Below are positions 58,859-64,000 of a DNA stretch of 64,000 nucleotides, in pieces. The notes beneath the pieces were generated by a model, which did not search any database, was not told where the DNA came from, and worked only from the letters and a program-made list of their open reading frames with translations. The DNA comes from a virus. Numbering within the stretch: the stretch's first letter is position 1; every line of letters begins with the position of its first letter. The translations under genes were made by a program, and so were the position numbers. The stretch covers positions 1 to 64,000 of IMG/VR virus record IMGVR_UViG_3300040759_000032. One strand, written 5' to 3'.

Positions 58859-59493
58859 CGGGCCGGCGACGCTCCGGTAAAGGGCGCGCCGGCTCCCAGC
58901 AGGGGCGCCCCCTCCCGGACGGCAGCCCCTTCCCGTCGCCGGAGGCGTCCAGCCGGCACGTCCAGGCCGCGCCGCCCGGCCCGGCCATCTCGCCGCGCTC
59001 GGCGATGGGCTCGGATATCAGGATCACCTCGACGAGCAGCCTGGCCGACGACTCCGCCGCGCTGTGCCCCTGCGCGACCGGCGGCAGGTCGTCCCGTCCC
59101 GGCCGCACCACCCAGTCAAATCCGATGTCCGGCACCTCACGCCCCCTCCGACGTCCATCCTGGCGCTTTCCGGGCGCCCCGCGCGGCGCAATTCCGCGTA
59201 ACGCCATTGCGACGGTAACTGCGACGCCCCGGCCGCCGCCGGGCCGGCGATCGGCACCCACCGCACCCGGCCCCCGGCCCCGACTCTCGCCCGCCACCTG
59301 TTCCCGGTCCGGCGGTAGCCGGACGTGAGCGTGCGCATCCCGAGCTCCGCGACGACCTCATCGACGACAGCCTCGGCCGCCGCGCCGCTCCGCAGGCGGG
59401 CCGCCGCCGACCGCCGGGCCGCCCGCGGGTCGTCGCTTATCCCCCGCGCGCCGGAGGCCGGCCCGTCGGCCTGCCACTGAAACGCGACGGCGC

Positions 59494-59820
59494 TCACGGC
59501 TCGTCCGGGACGAGCATCGGCAGCGGCACGTCCGACGGCAGGGGAAGGGCCCCGTCCCGCCAGACGGCGGCCAGCTCGGCCGGGGTCAGCCGGTCGAGCC
59601 GCTCCTGAACGCACAGGGCCTCGGCGAGCCCGGCCAGGTCCCGCATGGCGAGCGTGCTCCGCAGCAGCGACCCCGGGCCGTCCAGGCGCTCCGCCCCGTC
59701 CCGGACGGCGAACCACAGGCCCCGGGACTCGTACAGCCGCCACCGGGGGAACGTCTCGCCCAGCATCCCCTCGGTGACCTCCCCGAGGACGCTCAGGTCC
59801 CGCGGCCGGGAGCCGGTCAT
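59494..59820 (-). CDS. Hypothetical protein
   Basis: FPRWRLYESRGLWFAVR motif; coupled to 59817-60023. Confidence 0.55.
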   Translation of the reverse strand: MTGSRPRDLSVLGEVTEGMLGETFPRWRLYESRGLWFAVRDGAERLDGPGSLLRSTLAMRDLAGLAEALCVQERLDRLTPAELAAVWRDGALPLPSDVPLPMLVPDEP

Positions 59821-60130
59821 GACAGGGCCACCATGTCCCAGCTCACCATGTCCGGGTCGATCGGCGCGGCGAGGTGCCCTCCGTCCTCGCACGACTCGCT
59901 GCCCGTCTCCACGTGGACGGCTCTCCGCTCCTGCTCCGGCAGGAGCGGGTTGCCCTCGAACCTCGCCGCCTTCCGGCACCACCTGCAGCGCAAGCCCGCC
60001 CCCGGCCGTGTCATCTCCATCACTCCGCGCTTTTGACGTGACTGCTCGTGCGGCAGACGCTACGCGCGGACCTGCGGAAACGGCAACGGCCCTTCGCCCC
60101 GGCCAGCGGGCGAAGGTGCAGAAGCGCAGG

Positions 60131-61312
60131 TCACAGAGGCAGTCTGACGGCCTCCGCGAGGTCACGGAGATCCTCCGGCAGCGGCCCGCGCCTCCGCTTG
60201 ACGACGCCCTCGAGGATGTCGCGCGCGTACTGCTGGTTGGGGAGCCATTCCGGCGCCTGCGCCCGCAGCTCGCCGAGCACCCCGACGACGTCGGCGTACT
60301 CCCGGCGCATCGCATGGGCGGAGGCGACGTCGAGGCGGTGCCGCAGCGCCTGCGCGGGCTCGATCGAGGGCAGCGATCCCCGGACCCGGTCGGCGAGGGC
60401 GAGCGTCTTGTCCGGCCGCCAGCTCAGCGCCGCGCTCTCCGCCGCGATCACCATCACCGTCGCAGGGCCGAACCGGGCCGTCGTCGCCGGGCTGAACGGG
60501 ACGTCCCGCCCGATCCTGGCCGCCGCCGCCCGCGCCAGCGACAGGGCGTCGTCGGCCTCCCCGGGCCGGTTGTCGGTCGTCATCGCGTTCGCGACGTACA
60601 GCAGCATCTTCCCGTAGCCCGCCAGCTCCCCGGAGTTCGCGCGGGAGAACCTCGGCTCCGCCCGGTCGGCCCACTCCACGGCGAGCGCCCCGGCCTCCGC
60701 CGCGCGCCCCTGCCGCAGCAGGCACCAGCACATCATGGAGACGGCCGCCAGGGTGTCCGTCAGGTCCGGGGCGGCGTCCAGGGCGAGCCGGGACGCGGCC
60801 CACGCGTCGTCGAACTGGCGGGTCATGTTCAGGAACCACGCGGTCGCGGCCAGCGCCTTGCTCTTGGCGGAGCGGTCGTCCTCCGTCCCGTCGAGGGACA
60901 GGGCGTCGCGGACCAGGCAGGGCAGCGCCAGGCGGGCCCGCGAGTACTCCGCGGACCGCCACGCCGGGCCGAGCGCGGACAGCGACGCCAGCACCCCCGC
61001 GGGCGTCGCGGGCTCGTCGGGCTCGGGTTCCGGGGACCGGCGGTAGAGGGCGTCGCGGACGTCCTCCCACGCCTCGCCCGGCACCGGCTGGTGCTCGGGC
61101 TCGCCGGGGACGGACAGGTCGCTGGTGCGCACGTGGAGCGCCTCCGCGAGCGCGTGGAGGGTCTCGTTGCGGGGATGGCCCGCGTCCTGCTCCACCGTCT
61201 TCACCGTGCGCAGGGAGAGCCGGGAGAGCCGGGAGAGATCTTTTTGGGTGAGACCGCGCAGTTTCCGCGCTCTCGCGACCCGCTCTCCGACGGTCGGCAA
61301 TGTAGAATCCAT
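60131..61312 (-). CDS. XRE HTH regulator with TPR-like helical C-terminal domain
   Basis: VGERVARARKLRGLTQKDLSR...VKTVEQ; FGPATV and APEWL motifs typical of actinobacterial XRE-TPR regulators. Confidence 0.85.
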   Translation of the reverse strand: MDSTLPTVGERVARARKLRGLTQKDLSRLSRLSLRTVKTVEQDAGHPRNETLHALAEALHVRTSDLSVPGEPEHQPVPGEAWEDVRDALYRRSPEPEPDEPATPAGVLASLSALGPAWRSAEYSRARLALPCLVRDALSLDGTEDDRSAKSKALAATAWFLNMTRQFDDAWAASRLALDAAPDLTDTLAAVSMMCWCLLRQGRAAEAGALAVEWADRAEPRFSRANSGELAGYGKMLLYVANAMTTDNRPGEADDALSLARAAAARIGRDVPFSPATTARFGPATVMVIAAESAALSWRPDKTLALADRVRGSLPSIEPAQALRHRLDVASAHAMRREYADVVGVLGELRAQAPEWLPNQQYARDILEGVVKRRRGPLPEDLRDLAEAVRLPL

Positions 61313-61472
61313 GTTGGACCTCGTTCGCTCGTTCGGTAGCCTCGCATCTCCCAGCGTACGCGCGGGGTCTAGTTTTTGCCGGAGCGTGATTCCCCCGTGA
61401 CTGGCGTGACCTGCGTGGCTCCCCTTGCGCGAGGGAAACGCGAGGGAAAGCGGCGCGCTTGCTAACGCCGCC

Positions 61473-61497
61473 GTTAATTCGGCCGACGCTAATTAAC
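61473..61497. promoter_or_regulatory. Palindromic operator candidate
   Basis: GTTAATT-N11-AATTAAC in an intergenic AT-rich patch. Confidence 0.4.
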
Positions 61498-61513
61498 CTC
61501 GGCGCTGCATTCG

Positions 61514-62347
61514 TTAATCATGAGCAGAGGCGGCGGCCTCGGCCCGGTGCAGGGACGGCAGCGGCGGGATGATCTCCGCGAGGAACGACCCCGGCTCGGC
61601 CTTGAAGTCCGGCGCGGCCTGCGTCACCCAGAAGGAGCGGACGGCGTCCACGGTCAGCTCCTCGCCGTTCCTCTGGTCGACGTACGTCACGGCCTCTTCG
61701 GAGGACATCCGCGCGCACACCCGCCCCCGCTTCGCGCCGCCGGGGTAGTCGTTCCAGTTGACGCCCTTCTCCGACCACAGAAGCTCCTGCAGCTGGCCGC
61801 CGTTGAGCCCTTGGAGCCGCTTGTGCGGGAAGTGCGCCTGCGCGGCCATCGACACCGAGTTGCGGAGGCAGTCCCGCTGACGCCAGACGAAGTAGTTCGC
61901 GACCTCCACCGGGTCCGGGATGGTGAACACGCGGGCGTCGAACGTGGCCCGGCCGCCGAGAACCGACCAGCCTTCCGACTCGGCCGCCCTCGCGAGCGCG
62001 AACTCGGCCGTCGCCGTCGAGGCCGCGAGCGACGCCATTTTCTGCACCCCGCCGCCGAACCACGGCTCGGTGCCGGCCGACCCGAAATCCGCCAGCAGCA
62101 CCGAGATCTCGTCGGACTGGGCGTAGGCGAGCACCGCCCCCGTCATCTCCCGGCACAGGGCGGCGGTCGTGGCGTCCATCGCGCGCATGAACGCGTCGTC
62201 GAACGGCTTCTCGGCGTGCCGCAGGTAGCTGTGGAAGGCCCGGCCGTCAACGCGGCAGATCGTGTAGGTGCGGCGCGGCAGGAGCATCCGGGTCGTCGCC
62301 TCGTAGCGCTTCATCCGGTCGCCGAGGGCAGTCGAGTCGCTTGACAT
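61514..62347 (-). CDS. thg1: tRNA(His) guanylyltransferase Thg1 / Thg1-like 3'-5' polymerase
   Basis: RMKRYE, RVDGRAFH, YAQSDEIS, FDARVF, WRQRDCLRNS. Confidence 0.93.
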   Translation of the reverse strand: MSSDSTALGDRMKRYEATTRMLLPRRTYTICRVDGRAFHSYLRHAEKPFDDAFMRAMDATTAALCREMTGAVLAYAQSDEISVLLADFGSAGTEPWFGGGVQKMASLAASTATAEFALARAAESEGWSVLGGRATFDARVFTIPDPVEVANYFVWRQRDCLRNSVSMAAQAHFPHKRLQGLNGGQLQELLWSEKGVNWNDYPGGAKRGRVCARMSSEEAVTYVDQRNGEELTVDAVRSFWVTQAAPDFKAEPGSFLAEIIPPLPSLHRAEAAASAHD

Positions 62348-63180
62348 GAGCGCAATCATCCCAGGCGGGTTGTGCAATATCGTGCAGCGGCGATTTTGAT
62401 CGTGCGCCGCCCCGGCCCCGCCGCGGACGCGGGGCAGTCTGACGGTGCCGCTTTCGAACCGGGTTATGCGTGACCTGCTGAGCCGGGGTGCTTGATCTGC
62501 TGACATGGGCGAGCGACGGGCACGGCGATTGCGCAAGGGGGCGGCCACGTGGGGTGGCCGCCCCTTCGTCATCGGGACGCCCCGCGCAGATTCGCTCAAG
62601 CCTCGTTAAGCTCGCCCATCCCCTTGACGCCCCGCCGAATCCCCGGCGAGCATGACATCGCCTGCAACGCGGTCGAGGGAACGCGCAGGTTGTTCGGGGG
62701 GCGGCCAGCGGGGAACTGGCCGCCCCCGCTCGTCTTACCGTCCCGGCGCGAGCAGCTCGGCGAGCGTGTCGAGGCGGACGGCCAGGCCCTCCGCCTCGGC
62801 CTCGGCGAGGTCTCCCGCCATCGCCCGTCGCAGGCCCTCTCTGACCTCCGCAGGCCCCCCAACCTCAACCGCGGCGATCCCCATCCTCGCCAGGGACGCG
62901 ACGAGGCGCGATGACAAGGCGACAGTATTCACGAGGGGGGAAATCTCCGGCAGGGGGAAGGCGCGATCGCGCGACTCCAGCCTATCGGGCCGGACGACGG
63001 CGCTAGGCTGGTCTCCGAAGGCGCCGTCGACGCACCTAGAGTCTGAGCCGTGACTTGCGCGTCGTGCACCATAGCGGCGGCGGCGGCGCCTCCAGGCTAA
63101 GGCTCTCCGGGCCTGAACAGGGCGGCAGGCCCCCGGACGAGGACTGAGCCGCCCTGAGTCTTTCACGGCCGCAGGCGAGC

Positions 63181-63354
63181 CTAAATCGACGAGCTGAACG
63201 CGGAGACCCCGGTGTCCGCGCCGGTGTCGCCGACGCCCGCCCGCCGCATGATCCTCGCGTACTCCGAGTCGCTGATGTCGACCTCGGCGTCGAGCGGCGC
63301 GTCGAGCAGGTCGGGCACGGCGGACTCGATCGCTTCCAGCGGCAGGATGCTCAT
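63181..63354 (-). CDS. FxSxx-COOH (FxsA-like) RiPP precursor peptide, 57 aa
   Basis: Hand translation MSILPLEAIESAVPDLLDAPLDAEVDISDSEYARIMRRAGVGDTGADTGVSAFSSSI*; TAGGCT-N6-ATG. Confidence 0.75.
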   Translation of the reverse strand: MSILPLEAIESAVPDLLDAPLDAEVDISDSEYARIMRRAGVGDTGADTGVSAFSSSI

Positions 63355-63428
63355 GGTGCCAGCCTAGGCCGTCGCCGGGCTGATCCTCCGGGCCGGCGCG
63401 CCATCCCCGACGCTGCGCCCGCGCGGGC

Positions 63429-63662
63429 TCAGCCCTCGAACCTCCGGGCCGTCACCTCGAACCCCTCGACGCCCCGGACCGCCGCGAACGCCATGGCGAA
63501 CGCCTGCCCTGCGGAGTCCTCGGCCACGACGATGTCCATCACGCACCTCCGCCTGCCCCCGTCCGGGACCATGACGGTCACCTCGACCGGCCTCGCCCCG
63601 GGAGGGGGAAGCTCGGCGAACAAGGGCTCCATCGGGAGGGCCCGGGACTGCGCGAGGTCCAT
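63429..63662 (-). CDS. Small hypothetical protein (leaderless)
   Basis: TAGGCT-N6-ATG; good codon usage. Confidence 0.5.
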   Translation of the reverse strand: MDLAQSRALPMEPLFAELPPPGARPVEVTVMVPDGGRRRCVMDIVVAEDSAGQAFAMAFAAVRGVEGFEVTARRFEG

Positions 63663-64000
63663 GACCGCAGCCTACGGCGAGGCTCCGACATTCCGGGCGA
63701 GGCTACTCGCCCTCGGGGCCGGCGATCTCCGCGAAGTGCGGCCGCTCGCCGAGGTCCGCGGCGCGCTCCTGCCACTTCGCCGAGTCGAGGGCGAGGACGG
63801 GGCGGATCGGGGCGTCCGCCACGGCGGCCGCGTGCGCGTCCCACGGGTCCAGCCCGGTCCTGGCGATGACGTCCGCGAGGCGCACGGCCGCCCGGCAGGG
63901 AGTCAGCCGACCGCGCCCCAGACCCGCCCGTCCCCGACGTTCTCCGGGTCGGCGAACAGCGCGTCATCACTCCCGTCCGGGCGGATGACCAGCCACCCCG

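Larger units (their letters stand above)
1..64000. mobile_element. Temperate actinophage or phage-like integrative element, integration/early/replication region, apparently excised form
   Basis: Integrase, xis, repressors and an internal attP-like tRNA fragment; dense co-oriented small ORFs with ATGA/GTGA overlaps; phage-type MTases, DUF5131, RDF-like, PD-(D/E)XK and replication-initiator-like genes; no housekeeping operons. No capsid or tail genes seen, so an ICE or plasmid is not excluded. Confidence 0.8.

Overview
High-GC actinobacterial mobile DNA, most consistent with the non-structural arm of a large temperate actinophage or phage-like element in its excised form. A tyrosine integrase is followed by an attP-like 3' half of tRNA-Arg(ACG), with element genes on both sides. 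Most of the window is a dense minus-strand run of small overlapping ORFs; I recognised no virion structural genes. The standout locus is 3939-5802: an IS605-type TnpB homologue that lacks the RuvC-III aspartate, has no tnpA nearby, keeps omega-RNA-like hairpins, and is followed directly by a leader and a perfect 5-repeat/4-spacer CRISPR mini-array with type I-E-like geometry and no cas genes in the window. It is the last gene of a translationally coupled chain that starts at the excisionase and carries a surface-polysaccharide cassette (GT-C, cellulose-synthase-like GT2, GH26). Other notable content: a tRNA/RNA repair set (intein-containing RtcB, RlaP-like nucleotidyltransferase, CCA/HD enzyme, RNA-ligase-like protein, Thg1); three BldC paralogues; three DNA methyltransferases (one split by an HNH gene, one frameshifted at a G10 tract); an unlisted 57-aa FxSxx-COOH RiPP-like precursor; and many apparently leaderless genes. 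All calls come from motif recognition by eye; no database searches were run.
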